A stretch of 64,000 bases of DNA, from the NCBI GenBank assembly GCA_964016885.1, contig OZ024745.1:15128001-15192000 (forward strand), given 5' to 3'. The position numbers and the translations under genes were made by a program. Below are positions 14,090 to 27,589 of the stretch, one piece after another. Source of the DNA: Eledone cirrhosa. Taxonomy: Eukaryota. The notes under the pieces were generated by a model. The model made no database searches, was not told where the DNA came from, and saw nothing but the letters and a program-made list of their open reading frames with translations. Each line of letters begins with the position of its first letter. Positions within the stretch are counted from its first letter, which is position 1.

Positions 14090-14600
14090 AATATCCCGCG
14101 TCTTGGACACATAAGGCAGCCACATTGCTCCAGGGTCCCTGTCGATTGTCTGCCACCAATTTTTCCTTGAACGTCCTATTCGCCCTTTTCCATGGGGATA
14201 CCTGCCAATATAGGACCTGATTAGCATGTCTTTAATCTCTTTAATATCTTAATATATTGAGTCTACTAAATGAAACATCCTACAAACTTCCAGTCCTGTC
14301 TTACGATACTTAAAATATTCTCTGTCAGATCATTTTAACATTAGATAATTCTTTTAAATCGATTATTGCCTGTATTTATAGAGTTTGTGCTTCCTGTGTG
14401 GATACCTTTTCTTGTTTCCTTCTTCAAACATGCTTTGCTTTTCATTGTATAAATCATAAGATGTGTACTTCCGTCTACTCTGCCACTTGATAGCCAATAC
14501 GTTAATTTGTAATGGCATATCTTCAATTTCCTTGTCAGAATAATACTGCATACGAAGGAAGTGTAGGCACTTGGTTTCGAATATGACCAATTTCCTTAAT
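14090..14600 (-). mobile_element. Degraded RTE-clade LINE 3' fragment
   Basis: FETKCLHFLR..LAIKWQ..TSYDLY and PHGKGRIGRSRKNWWQTIDRD resemble the RTE C-terminal FExKCLR / GxRxxGRPRxxW motifs. Confidence 0.6.
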
Positions 14601-16061
14601 TGATTTCTTGTTAAAATTATGAGAACATATTGATTTTATCAAGAGCTTAAGGCCACACATTTTAGGAAAAACTTTAATGATTTACATCGAGATCAGTACT
14701 TAACAAATACACATTATAACACCCATGTAAGAAGTGATAAATGGGAGTTACAGCAAAGTAAATCTGATGCCGTAAACAGTATTCGGCCTATTTTGACTGA
14801 TGTACATCTTACTAAGAGGGACAGTGTATACATTCTTGGGTCTCAATTTCTCACATTCCATCCTCTTCTCCCAGAAGACGGGAGGTGTCTCATTATCCTC
14901 ACGCAACAAAATGCGTCAACGAACATGACACTAACAGCCGTTGTAGTGTTGAACATATTTACAATTTTACAATGTCAGTTTCGATAGCATGAGCTGGGAA
15001 CAGGCGACTCTATCCGTTCAACCGTCAGTTTCGATGGTATCAGCTGGCAACAGGAGAGGCTATCTGTTCAACATCAAACCAGGCATTGCTTGTCATCTCC
15101 GGCCACATTCTCACCCCCGAGGCTGTGCGTAAAACATCGGAACCCGATGTTGACCGGGAACTGGAGTCAGCTCTGGCTGTATGGATTGACGAGTACTTCA
15201 CTGCCTATAGCATACAGTAGACCAACGCAACTGGGAAGAGTTCAAATGCAGTTCAATCTACATGAAAATCGATTATTCCCTACTCTAACACCGTTTCGGT
15301 GGTCTCCGGTCATCCTCGTAAAAAACCTCGGCGTGTGGCTCAATTCAGTATCCTTTTTATCATTCGATACTTTTCCTGATGATGAAGGTACCTGCATAGG
15401 TGTGATCCTGCACCTTCACATCCCTGTGTGGGGTCAACATAAATACCCTTGTCGAACCATTGTCGATGAATTCTGACTGAATTCACTCTCTTCTGGCAAC
15501 AGCGCAGCTCGGTTTTCCCCGGCACACTGCCTTAAATGACATCATCAGAAGGGGAACTCAGACTGCCGGCCGGCTCCCCGTCACAACTGGATCTTGTCAG
15601 CCTTGCCCATGGGGATGGCAAGTGCCCGGACGGGTAAACCCTCTTCTCTGTTCATGTGTCTAAATCACAAATCCAGTACTTCACGGGCTACGACACGTTT
15701 CCCGTTTCCTAGCTCATCGCCTCGACCCATCGAACTGTTGAAGGTAATGTAGAAAGTCGGAAGATAGTGAAAGCCTCATCATGTAACTGACAGCTCCCTT
15801 TCTCAGCCAGTTCCGTCGAGAGCTCCAGGGACCTCGGTCTCCTCCAAATACAATATTTTATCGAATAGGCTATTTTACCGGTCCCAGTAAAATAGACAAA
15901 CATACTTTTTAAGTTTATTTTACTGGTAAATACAGAGTTAGTGTTACTGTTATGGTTAGGGTTAGAGTTAAGGTTTAAATTGTCTTAACAACTGGTGGAG
16001 AAAATAAATAAACTTGTGTGTTAAATCTGTGTGTTGTTATTTTTAACGTTACCTGCCTTCA

Positions 16062-16266
16062 TAATAATGGTTTCTGGTTTAGGGACAAAGCCAACCATTT
16101 TAAGAGGGGGGAGTCGATTAAATCGACCCCAGTGCATTACTGGTGCTTTATTTTATCGACCCTTTAATGATGAAAGGCAATGCTAGCCTCAGCGGGATTT
16201 GAACTCAGAACGTAAAGGGTCACAACTCTGTGCTGTAAAACATGGTGTTTGACACTCTTACCAGCA
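16062..16266 (-). mobile_element. tRNA-derived SINE (older variant)
   Basis: cgaccccagtgcattactgg..ttttatcgaccc..gatgaaaggca..cctcagcgggatttgaactcag. Confidence 0.85.
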
Positions 16267-18789
16267 AAATAGCCTGGGTGTCTATTTAATCGGGACCGGC
16301 AAAATAGCTTCTTCCATATTTTATCAGTCTTCATGTAAAGGTTTGGCATCAGAAAATTCTTTCCTGCTGAATCTAAATTCACTTTCCTGCTGAATCTAAA
16401 TACTTCAGTGTTTTTTATATATTTAAAGAATTCCTCTAAAATCTGTTTATGCACAGAAAGATATATGAAATCCTCTTTAACTGTTGAAGTCACTAGGATC
16501 ATTTTTCTTTTATCTTTTTACTGATTCCTTATCTCAACTCTTGTAATTGTTCTTTTCTACAAATATTTTGTTTTCTCGAATATTTGTTTACAAAAGCTGT
16601 TACATTGTCTACATATTTTCCTATCGACGGGCTGATACCATCATTTTTTATAGCTTCTTTACTGTTTATATATCCACTGATAACTTTATCTATTCACTAT
16701 AAACAGATTCTATTTACATTACAATTAACGTGATCATTCTTCTTTCTGCTCAAACGTTCATATAGTAAAACATTCACGTATCTGCGAATGTTATAAAAAA
16801 CATATTCTATTGAATAGATTACCGATATTTTAAGACAACCAAAGTGTTTACTTTCTAAAATGATCGATCGTCGCACTGACCTGATATCCATTAAGGATTC
16901 CTTCGATAAAAAATATAACACTTTTGACAAATACAATGTAGAAGTATTATACATCGTTGCCACGTAACCAAAGTATTTCGAGGAATTGTTTTACTGATAT
17001 GTAAATGTATGTCAGAGTTCTGGTATCGATCCCACTTCTAGCCTGTTGTAAGTACAAGCATTGACAAACACACACATGCGCACATACATGTATATAGAAA
17101 TATCTGCGTGCATGCTAACAAAAGTATAATATTTAAAGTGGAGAAAGCGAGAGTTAAATTGCATTAATTTACTATTTTATAATTTCTTAAATTAGAAAAT
17201 ATTACATGAAAATAATATTAAAAGAAGTATGAAGGAAAGATAATTTGTTTATAAATGAATTTTAAAATTCTTCGACAAATACATTTTATGAAATCGATAA
17301 CAATCTAGAATTGACGAGCAAAATACTAGAGCGTTTTGTTATCCTTAAAATATGCAATACTGCTAACATCGAATATCTAAAATGTTCTGATAATATCACA
17401 GCCATGCTACAGGCGAAACATAGAACGAGTTTATCAATGTTAATATCTTGTTTATGTTAATATACTGGATATATTGTTTCAAAGCTGAAATACTATAACC
17501 CGTTTTTCCTTTATTCGTGGAAGAGCTATGAAACATTAAGCCAAAACAAAAACCTGTCGGCATTTTAGAATTCTGTTTTTTTTTTATATTAAGAATGTCC
17601 ATGTGATCTCCTGTATCTTTTGATTCATAGCGATAAATATCAAAATAGGTGAGGATTTTTGTAAGAATCACACGTATCTCAGTTGTTCAATGCCGTATTG
17701 GGTTTCACTAATGCTGAACGAAATACTGTGAAAATGGCAATAATAATATACTCTTAAGTTACTGTTAATGTTTTGTTTTTATCGCAGAAAGCATCAAATG
17801 TGGCACAGCTAGAGATAAATATCGGATTTAAATATTGCAATAATATCGTATGACGAGCGAATACATTTTCTGCATATTGCTGATAGTTAGCGCAATAAAG
17901 GAACATTGTGGTACATGGAAATGATTAAATCTTGTCTTATGAAACATTGATGGTAAAAAATACATAAATAAATATAATAATATTTTTAAATATTATTGCT
18001 TTATTCCTACATTTAAACATCTTACAATAATATATCGGAAAGATATGGAAGACCGGTGATTACAAATGTTTTAAAGACATATAATATAATACTATTTCTC
18101 TTTGATATTCCCTTTTAGATCAATCAGTCTAAACATTTGTTTTTTATCTTTGAGTTAAGCTAAGGCTAAGTATATTAAGTTACCAAAACAAAACAATTGA
18201 TATACAGAAAAAGACAGAAAGTGAGAGAGAAAGATATATATATACAAAGACAGCATATGAGAGGAGAGGAAGAGAGAAATATTGTTTAAAAAAAGCCAGA
18301 TAGTGGCTACTGTTTGATTTCCATTTCCAAATCAATCATATAACCCAGCATCATATTTGATTTAATCATTTCTCCACTAATCAGAAGTTTATGTATTTTT
18401 ATTTATTATCATTATTATTATTTTTACTAATTGAATTTTGCCGGATCATTCGATATCTGGTTTCACTACTAATTTAGATTTGTATCACGCAGGATTAATG
18501 AATTTGAGAAATGCACGAACTCTAAGTAGCCACTTAACTCTTATCGCCCCTACAAATACAGTAGCATTGAATCTCATATAAAATGTAGTTTGTCTTGTAT
18601 TCCAATATCAGATTGAATAAACTAAAGGTCAATGCAATTGTTTTCAGGAAATTCTAACAGGAATCTTACACGTCTGTCTTTCTATATAAAACATTCAATG
18701 TTATATTTCTCTATTTCTCAAGCAGTTTCTCCTACTATTCCTTCTCTGGATTTAATTGATAAACAGCCAGTTCATTTGAAAATATGGCT

Positions 18790-19012
18790 ATCGTACACTG
18801 GTGAGGAGGAGGAGGGGAGATATTACGGGTAACACCAACTGGCAGGGGACCATGAGCAAGATGGTTGGATATCATCCATGAGGTCGGCTGGTCACATTCG
18901 AGGAGTCATCCGGATCAATTGGAAACGGTTGCTCTTGACACGTCCCGCAGGAAGTACTCTGACCCCATGAACCTACCAGGAATAAGTGGGCGAAGAAGAA
19001 AAAGACGAAGAA
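18790..19012 (+). mobile_element. Probable RTE LINE 3' tail
   Basis: Frameshifted G..P.GR..RWLDII-like coding stretch followed by a (GAA)n tail. Confidence 0.4.
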
Positions 19013-19230
19013 CACCAACAATTGCAGTAAATTCATTCAGAAAATCATTTAAAACGCTAAATTTTAGATTGAAATATTTTCAGATCATCTTAGTGTAATG
19101 TCCTATGCAGTTGTCTGGTCTACCACAGATAGGTTGTACGATTTCCGCAAACGTGTCTGTCACATTTATATATCTGTTTAAATGCATCATATAAGTTTAT
19201 CATAACAGAATCTTAAACGTTATATTATGT

Positions 19231-19335
<105 letters not shown>

Positions 19336-20527
19336 GCAATTCTAATTCATAATAAGCAAATGGATGTATTCTCCATGACTTTTAGAGATCATCAACTGAT
19401 GATTTGGCTGTTATTCAGTTTAAAAATAATACAGGTTATCTCGAAGTCGTACTTCTTTAGACTCAAATCAATTTATTTGATTTGAGACTGTCTTAAAAAG
19501 TGAAGTAATTGCATCATGGAGGAGTCCTTTTAGTCATTTAGGAACACATACAAACTTGCAATATTTTCATCGTGTATCTGTGACTTGGTCACTTGCAGTT
19601 CTACTGCACCTGTTGAAAATCATTTGTCAGAGATTGCTTTCTAAGCCGCAAAAATTTCTTTATTTTTCTTTTTAGTTTAGAAAAAGGATTTTTCCCCTAC
19701 TTTAATATTTTAGCGAAGATAATATAATAACAAAACAGTTTGTTTTTAAAGGATTCAAATAATAGACAAGAAGAGAAAAAAAGGAGAACAATCCAGGAGA
19801 AAAAGATTCAATAATGAAATACATAAATGAGGAAGGAAGGGTCAAACTCTACACTCTTAACTGAGTGGTATATCTCAGCTATGCCTTGCAGACATGATGG
19901 GGAATTCTTGCTACGCAGAACAGCCGGTGATATTCGCTATATTAGTCATTCTACCTCATTGATACTTTCCTAGGTGAGATGCAAACCCGCCTCAATTTTG
20001 CGGTGGAAAACGTCTGAACCAGTGACAGAAGAATGTGAACACTTCGACGGCATCAAAACGAAAAGGGAGAGGTCGGTCAAGTCCAGGTATTAGGTTAATT
20101 TCCGCGCCTTCATATTACAGTCAATGGTGCTGAGTTTTGTTACATCTACAGCATAGCTGTCGTTTCTCCTTTTGATGTGAACTACCTTTAGTCATATTTA
20201 TAATAATTTCTATTTCATATCTCAATCAGTATCGATTATTCCTTGATACATTTCATTGCCACTATTCTTGTTCTTTTTCTTTTCTTATTGGGGCTGGTTT
20301 TGAATATACAGAGGCCTCGTTCATACTATGTGTATTTAGTATGTTTGATATATCTACTGACAGCAGACGTATTTACTTTTTTAAAGTAAATATATTTAAC
20401 TATTATGGTAAATAAAAAATAAATTAGAAATTCTAATTGACTAACTTGATTTAGTCTCAATTTGGAAGATAAAGTATTTTATTTGAATGGTTCTTGGTGA
20501 AATATAAAAATATGAACAAATATTTAA

Positions 20528-20738
20528 ATAACGGTTTCTGATTTAGGCACAAGGTCAGTAATTTGGAGTGGAAAGAAGATTAAATCGACCCCAGTGCGTT
20601 ACTGGTACTTTATTTATCGATCCCGTAAGCATAAAAGGCAAAGCTAACCTCGGCAGGATTTGAACTCTGAACGTAAACGGGCGTAACCCTATGCCACAAA
20701 TCATGTTATCCGACTCTGAACCGATACTGCCAATCAAC
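20528..20738 (-). mobile_element. tRNA-derived SINE
   Basis: Reverse complement of the SINE core and B-box (ggatttgaactc). Confidence 0.88.
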
Positions 20739-20829
20739 TGACCTGTGTTTAAATAATGAAAATTAATTGCCGAAATATTTGAAAATGTTTGTTTGAAAAA
20801 TCTTAAAGTTGAGACAGTGAATATATATA

Positions 20830-20929
20830 CAGGGTGTCCCCAAAAATGTATACACACTTTGATTACCTGTACAGGCAATATTTATTAGAATGCTGTTGAA
20901 GTGTGTATATATTTTAAGGGGACATTATG
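20830..20929. mobile_element. Tc1-like mini-MITE (~100 bp)
   Basis: TA|cagggtgtccccaaaaatgtatacacactt ... aagtgtgtatatattttaaggggacattatg|TA. Confidence 0.75.
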
Positions 20930-21676
20930 TATATACTTTATATATATTACTTTATATATATATTATATCACGAGATAAAGGAACTGAGCGACTGAGAGCA
21001 GATAAAAGACAGAACTAGAACTGATATATATATAAACAATTATAGATATGTGTCTATATCTAGAGAGAAGGTTTTTTTCTATTTTTATGAAGTTGATGAT
21101 TCACTCCTTAGCTACTCTTGTGTTTCATCAAACATGTTTTCTAGGTTTTTATCGAGTGACTGCTTAAAAGCAAGATAACGGTTACAACGAGAACAAGTTC
21201 CTGGTTGTTATTCGTTAGCTTTCAATGGCTAGTAGGTAACATTTCAAGGAGAGCTGATAATATGTTGATTACTAATGGGTGAGAAGTCTCGTGGAAGAGG
21301 GTTTGCAAGTGAAAAAAGAAATTTGAAATTATTTAATTAATTAATTTATTTTATTTATTTATCAATTTTTATAAATAAGAAAAATGTGCAACAATCAATT
21401 CTTTATTCAAAATACAGGTGAAATGTTTCAACAAGCATTTCACTCTGTTGTACCTTTCCGTTTGTTCAGAGAACGTGATTCTGTAATTAGGCAACATTAC
21501 TTATTATGCTCCAGACTATAGAGACTTGTTCAGTTCGGGGATTCTCGTGTTTCCTAGAGTCTGTGACACAGGGATAGTAGTATTTCTAACTCTGGGTCTA
21601 AAGAAGTTTTATATGCCGGTTAAGTCTTCTCGAAAACCATAGAACATATATTTAAGAGATTTGTGAACCATGTATC

Positions 21677-22270
21677 CAAAATACAAAATACAAAACCTAG
21701 GGTCTTCTCCCTCCTGTTGGGGGAACCCCTCCTTATTTGACCTCAGCTACATCATATCTCTGGCCATATTGGACCATGTCGGGCTGAGGTAACGGGTTAG
21801 ATCGTTGTGCCCTCTTGCCTTTGATCCCTCTCTGTTTCTTCTCCCCTGCCTTGCTGTCTATACTGTCACTCTAATTATCCGCCTGTTGTCCCTGAGACGG
21901 AAGACGTGGCCAGCGCATCCATGTTTTCTCTTCTTAATGGTCTCGATTTTGATCTTCACTCTAGATTGCTGTCGAACCCAAGCGTTAATTTTCGTGTCAC
22001 ATAAGGTGATGCTGAGCATGCTTTACTCCATTGTACGTTGGGCCACTCCGTAAGTCATCACCAGCAGACCATATTCATTAACCAGCTTTCGTTTGGTTTC
22101 CATTGTTGACTCAGGACTTCTAATGATGTTAATAAAATTTTCCAAAAGCCGCCCATCCAAGCACAATCCTTCTTTTGACCTCCGGAAGCGGGGCACCACC
22201 TCTTGCAATCATCTTTCCGAGGTACACATAACTGCCTACTAACTCAATGGCCTCTCCATTTACAACCAAC
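21677..22270 (-). mobile_element. RTE-clade LINE 3' fragment
   Basis: Manual translation: KRKLVN..VMTYG VAQRTME*SMLSITLCDTKINAWVRQQS..IETIKKRKHGCAGHVFRLRDNRR (RTE consensus AQRAMERSMLG..WAGHVAR..DNRW); (TTTTGTA)n tail. Confidence 0.8.
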
Positions 22271-22885
22271 ATATACACTACTTCTTACATGCTTACGTAT
22301 TGGTATTATTGATGTTTCTCTCAGCATCGTGGGAAGTTGTTCTACGGCTACATAGAGTAATTTCAAGGGATTAGCAAGGATAGTATTATATTTATCAGGA
22401 TGTTGTTAAGTTTATACAATAAACATAGTAAACATTACGCTTTTGTAAGCACTGAGATTAAAAAAGAACATGGCCATTACTTGGTATCGTATCAGATATC
22501 TTTATCATATCAAGTAAATCTGCTACCGGTTATACCTCAGTGTGTCAACATTCCATTCTCTTTTAGATTAGGTATCAATGTTTATGGGATTTTAATGAAT
22601 ATTCGCTCCAACAACCATCCCCCTCACCCCCATGTCATTGACATCTGTTTACCTGAAACTTAGCTCTACATGGAATTGGTAAATTTTCTCAGTCAAGGAG
22701 ATGTTTGCCATAGACGCTAATGGAAACACAGTGTGGCCTACCTAGTTGAACATTAATACGCCAAGCTATGCAAACGCATTTGATTTCTATTAGATGTGCT
22801 TCCTCTGTTTTTTTCTGTTTCATATGAGCAACACATTCCCGCAGTCATACATACATGTATACATATATGTATATATGTATATATA

Positions 22886-22928
<43 letters not shown>

Positions 22929-23024
22929 TGAAGTTTCCGTTGAAAATTTAAAAAGTCATAGGAGTGAAGAGTGCTCTATGTAAGTTACAGAGCTAAATTT
23001 AATGTATAATAAACAATACAATAT

Positions 23025-23102
23025 AATTACCTCATTACCAGAAGTTTCCCGAATAAGACGAATACAAGAAACGTCCTCATTCGTTCGTCAGACAAAGCAA
23101 TT
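23025..23102 (-). ncRNA. Type I hammerhead ribozyme, left arm of the 350-bp palindrome
   Basis: aattgctttgt CTGACGA a cgaatgaggacg tttcttgtatt cgtcttattcg g GAAAC ttctg GTA atgaggtaatt. Stem I is 11 bp, stem II ~11 bp with one bulge, cleavage triplet GUA. Confidence 0.85.
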
Positions 23103-23257
23103 TAAAACATAGTGGAATATTTGAAAAATCTCTTTCAAGAAAGGCAAAAGATTAACGGGCAAAAGAAATATATATAAATCTGTTATATATATTTTTTTTT
23201 GCCCGTTAAACTTTTGCCTTTCTTCAGGACATTTTTCAAATATTTCACTATGTTTTA

Positions 23258-23335
23258 AATTGCCTTGTCTGACGAACGAGTGAGGACGTTTCTTGTATTC
23301 GTCTTATCCGGGAAACATCTGGTAATGAGGTAATT
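23258..23335 (+). ncRNA. Type I hammerhead ribozyme, right arm of the palindrome
   Basis: aattgccttgt CTGACGA acgagtgaggacg..cgtcttatccgg GAAAC atctg GTA atgaggtaatt. Confidence 0.85.
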
Positions 23336-23598
23336 ATATTGTATTGTTTATTATAGATTATATATATATTTCGTTTCTGAATGTATATATATATATAATA
23401 ATAATAATATATATACAGCAAGAGAGAGAGAGAGCGAGAGAAGAAGAAGAAGAAGAAGAAGAAGAAGAAGAAGAAGAAGAAGAAGAAGAAGAAGAAGAAG
23501 AAGAAGAAGAAGAAGAAGACACTAAGCAACCGTGACGCCTAGCGGTTTCGTTCGGCTTGCATTCGGCAATACTTTTCATATATATATATACATGTGTG

Positions 23599-23695
<97 letters not shown>

Positions 23696-23898
23696 GCGCA
23701 TTTACATGCATCCTATATATATATTTATATATACATATGTTTATAAATGTTCACGTGGGTGTATTCATATTAGTGTGTTTATTAAACACGTGCCTATACC
23801 ATCGTAAAATTTTATATTTGTAACTAACGTGGACGTGTTACCCAGCCCTCAACCTCGTACCTCAATATAGAGAAGTTGAATCATTATCAGGTTTATTT

Positions 23899-23972
23899 AC
23901 GGGGTCGATAAAATAAAGTACCAGTAATGTACTGAGTAATTGTTGGCCTTGTGCTAATAGTAGAAACAATTA
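23899..23972 (+). mobile_element. 5'-truncated SINE with 19-bp TSD
   Basis: ggggtcgataaaataaagtaccag..agaaacaatt flanked by attatcaggtttatttacg at ~23883 and ~23970. Confidence 0.88.
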
Positions 23973-24881
23973 TCAGGTTTATTTACGTTTATAATAAATA
24001 AATCTCTGCAACGTCCTTTCGACATTTGGCAAAACAGAGGTAGGACACCACTAGAAACCAATAGAATCTTAACTCAAAATAAAATTAAGAGTAAATACTT
24101 ATCCGTCAATTTGGAAAAATCTACAAATGCACTATATAGTCTTAAAAAGACTATTTCACGAAACTTTTCGGTGGGGTTAGTCACGTTTGAATCGTTCCTC
24201 AGTAGTACCCAATACGTTAACTAATAGTCACAGCTAAAATATGCCAGAGGGGAATTTAAAAGCAGGCTAGTCAAACCTCGTGTGGAATTGAATTAATAAA
24301 CACACATGGAAACAGGGCTAGTGACGCCAGAATGAGACGAATGTCTGTTTACAAGAGACAGCAGTCAAAACATTCCGAAAAAAAAAAATATATATATAAA
24401 GAATTAGTATATCTACCAACATATATATACAGATATATACCTATGCCAGCAAATATATAGGTTTTGTCTTAGTAACTTTGTGGTTCAATGCAAGGGGATG
24501 CAGAACAATTATATGAAAAAGGTAAAATAAGAAAATTATAGTAATTAGCTTACTTAAATTTCACTCCAACTAATTAGTTACATCTGTATATATATGTTGG
24601 TAGATATACTAATTCTTTATAATTATTTCCAAATTATTTTGTTGAGCAAAAATTTGTCTAAATTACTACTATGGTTCATAGTATTAGCTTGGCTACTGCA
24701 TTTTTAACACCCCACTCCTCGATGTCACGTGATTGATTCTTTTGAATTTGCCACCGAACAAGAAGGCAGTAATTTTTTCAGTGTCTTGGAATTTAGTCCC
24801 CGCTTGCTCTTTTCCATCCACTGAATTATTTTTGTATAAGTTCCCTGTGTCCACGCATCGCCAGGTATCTTAGCTGAGAAT

Positions 24882-24966
24882 GACTCCCTGATAAAGAAAA
24901 GGTTTTTCCGTGATCTCCATTTGGAGACTATGTATATTCCCTTTCAGAAACTAATTAGTTGGAGTG
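24882..24966 (+). ncRNA. Hammerhead ribozyme copy 1 (core mutated to CTGATAA)
   Basis: actcc CTGATAA agaaaagg..ccctttca GAAAC taatta GTT ggagt. Confidence 0.7.
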
Positions 24967-25410
24967 AAATTTAAGTAAGTAAGCTAATTACTATAATTTT
25001 CTTATTTTACCTTTTTCATATAATTGTTCTGCATCCCCTTGCATTGAACCACAAAGTTACTAAGACAAAACCTATATATTTGCTTGCATAGGTATACATC
25101 TGTATATATATATGTTGGTAGATATACTAATTCTTTATAATTATCTCCAAATTATTTTGTTGAGCAAAAATTTGCCTAAATTACTACTATGGTTCATAGT
25201 ATTAGCTTGGCTACTGTCTTTTTATCACCCCACTCCTCACTGATTAAGCTCGATGTCACGTGATTGATTCTTTTGAATTTGCCACCGAACAAGAAGGCAG
25301 TGATTTTTTCAGTGTTTTGGAACTTAGTCCCGCTTGCTTTTTCCATCCACTGAATTATTTGTGTATAAGTTCCCTGTGTCCACGCATCGCCAGGTATCTT
25401 AGCTGAGAAT

Positions 25411-25495
25411 GACTCCCTGATGAAGAAAAGGTTTCTCCATGATCTGCATTTGGAGACTATGTATATTCCCTTTCAGAAACTAATTAGTTGGAGTG
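25411..25495 (+). ncRNA. Hammerhead ribozyme copy 2 (intact core boxes)
   Basis: actcc CTGATGA a gaaaagg tt tctcca tgatctgcatt tggaga ctatgtatatt ccctttc a GAAAC taatta GTT ggagt. Stem I actcc/ggagt; stem III is the palindrome ACTAATTAGT. Confidence 0.85.
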
Positions 25496-26534
25496 AAATT
25501 TAAGTAAGTAAGCTAATTACTATAATTTTCTTATTTTACGTTTTCCATATATATATATATATATATGTTATACAATTTAAGATACATTTAATGTAGGTTT
25601 AACTACATTAAAAAAATTCTTTCTTTTATTAATACATTAGGTAGCCAAAATAAAGCACGTAATCAAAATTATTTCACTTATACTTTACATTCTGTTTGAC
25701 ATATAAATAGATTTGCTAAAAAGATCCCTCCGATGGGAGAATCACGGGTTGGCTTCTACTAAGGAGGCAATAATCTCTGAGAGGCCTAAAGTTAATCTAT
25801 TTAATTTTTCTGTGTACTGAGGGAACAGTAAATAGTGTCTATATATTTCATTTTTATAACGAACAAAAAAACTGCATAGTGTTTGTGTCCGAAATGTGAC
25901 CGAGAAAGAGAGATGAAATTATAGATTAAGATGATGGAGTATAATTTGAAGGTGAAGAATATTTTATTCATAGATTTTCTGCCAAGTGGACACTCTCCAA
26001 ATGTCAGTGTAACTTTAGAACAATCCGTTGGAGAAGCAGCTACACTAACTCAACCTCTGACATCTTCATATACTTTGTTGGGGAAGTGTTTGCTTATATT
26101 CATAATTATTAATCTTCTAATCAAATTAAATAGGCAGGCCAATCAGTCCATTTCATATCATAATTAAATTAACCTCACAGTTGTAAGGACGGCTGCTTTC
26201 ATATTAATATGAGATATAATTGGAACTAGCATTGTAATAGTTAATTTGTTTCTGGGAAATCTAGAACGAATTCCTTGCGTTAATGTAGATAATTTAATAT
26301 TAAATTCTGAAATGAGAGTCCTTCACTCTTATTGTTTTATTCATATGGAATATCATATTGTTAAAGGAATTTTGTCGGTTTATTGAATGTTGTATGTATT
26401 AGAAAGTGATGTCATGATGTAGAAGACTTTATAATGTATAGTTGCATTATTGATGAAATTCTAAAGCAAGTCGAGCTGCTCCTGTCATTACCAAAATGAA
26501 AGGCAAACATTAAAAACAACATCGATTGTAACTA

Positions 26535-26732
26535 CGAGGGTCGGATGAAAAGGTCATAGGCTGACTATGAAGGGATGAAGCTAGAGCTGTGAAATATTGC
26601 ATGCACTAATTTTAACTCTTCTTATTAATAACTGAATTGTTCTTTGCGAGGGACTATGTAGAAAAATAAACTTCATTTGGTCATTCCATGAGAGTGTCTT
26701 GGTTAGCATATGAAGTTTTCAACGGACAGTCG
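26535..26732. mobile_element. Mariner-type MITE (copy 2)
   Basis: TA|cgagggtcggatgaaaaggtcataggctga ... ttagcatatgaagttttcaacggacagtcg; interior homologous to 11645-11842. Confidence 0.8.
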
Positions 26733-27589
26733 TTGTTGATATGTTATGGGTCTACACAACAGTGGCATTAACGAACAGATTGTATGTTGTACCGGCCACC
26801 GTTCAAACCTCTGTTGTCCTCGATTCTTGGATTGCCAAATGGAAAAGAAGGCGTCGCACTTGAAGATGAAGCCCCGTGACATTAAATTGCCAATGCAGAG
26901 TATAACCCTGTTTGTTATTCCTCAAAATAACGCCTTCGACATTTACCAACAGGTGCAGCTGAGTGAGATAATCTGCCCATTTCAGTGGGGGAAATCAGCT
27001 CAATGACTTTTATTATTTTAATATCTTATTTTTATTTGTGATTTATGAATTCTGAATAAAGATTTTTATTAAATGTAAAAATAGTGACATTGTTAATAAA
27101 GGAATCTAATGAACTCCATGAATTCATAATGCACATTGTCTTCTCTAATATTTGAAATCCATTTTCATTTTATAGATTAATTCATATTCTGCAAACTTCC
27201 TGCATATGCAACAACATCTTTCAATATATTATTTCTTTTCTATGAAAATTTATAACGAATTTTTTAGAAACGATTTCAGGCTTGTCAATATTTATACAAT
27301 GTTACTTTGCAAACAATCTGAACAATTCCAATATAACCAGGCTTTTGGCATGGCTGTGCTTTGATCCAACTGGCATAAGATTACATTCCTTCCAATTATG
27401 GCCATACCGTCTTATTTTCTGACATATCATAGCTAATGTCTGGCCTTGTTTAAGACAGTAGAATGTAACTTGAAAATGATTTGGCTGCTGATTCTAGCAC
27501 TCAAATTGATAGAGTTGTTAGAACATCAAATAAAAAGGCCTTTGCATTTGTTCGGATTATATGTGTTCTGTCTTGAAATCCTGCCCAGG

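Larger units (their letters stand above)
24396..25547 (+). mobile_element. Non-coding retrozyme-like / Penelope pLTR-type element: ~529-bp unit in partial tandem plus an inverted 5' segment
   Basis: 24579-25020 repeats at ~25095-25547; 24396-24579 is the reverse complement of ~24949-25139; two HHRs lie 529 bp apart; no ORF; ends in (TA)n. Confidence 0.85.

Noticed and set aside
16330-16980. Minus-strand KYVDNVTAFV resembling an RT YADD motif (L1/Tx1)
   Set aside because: Too degraded; no second motif could be placed with confidence.
17770-17830. Possible host splice acceptor (ttttgtttttatcgcag)
   Set aside because: No matching donor or recognisable coding content; such motifs are expected by chance in AT-rich DNA.
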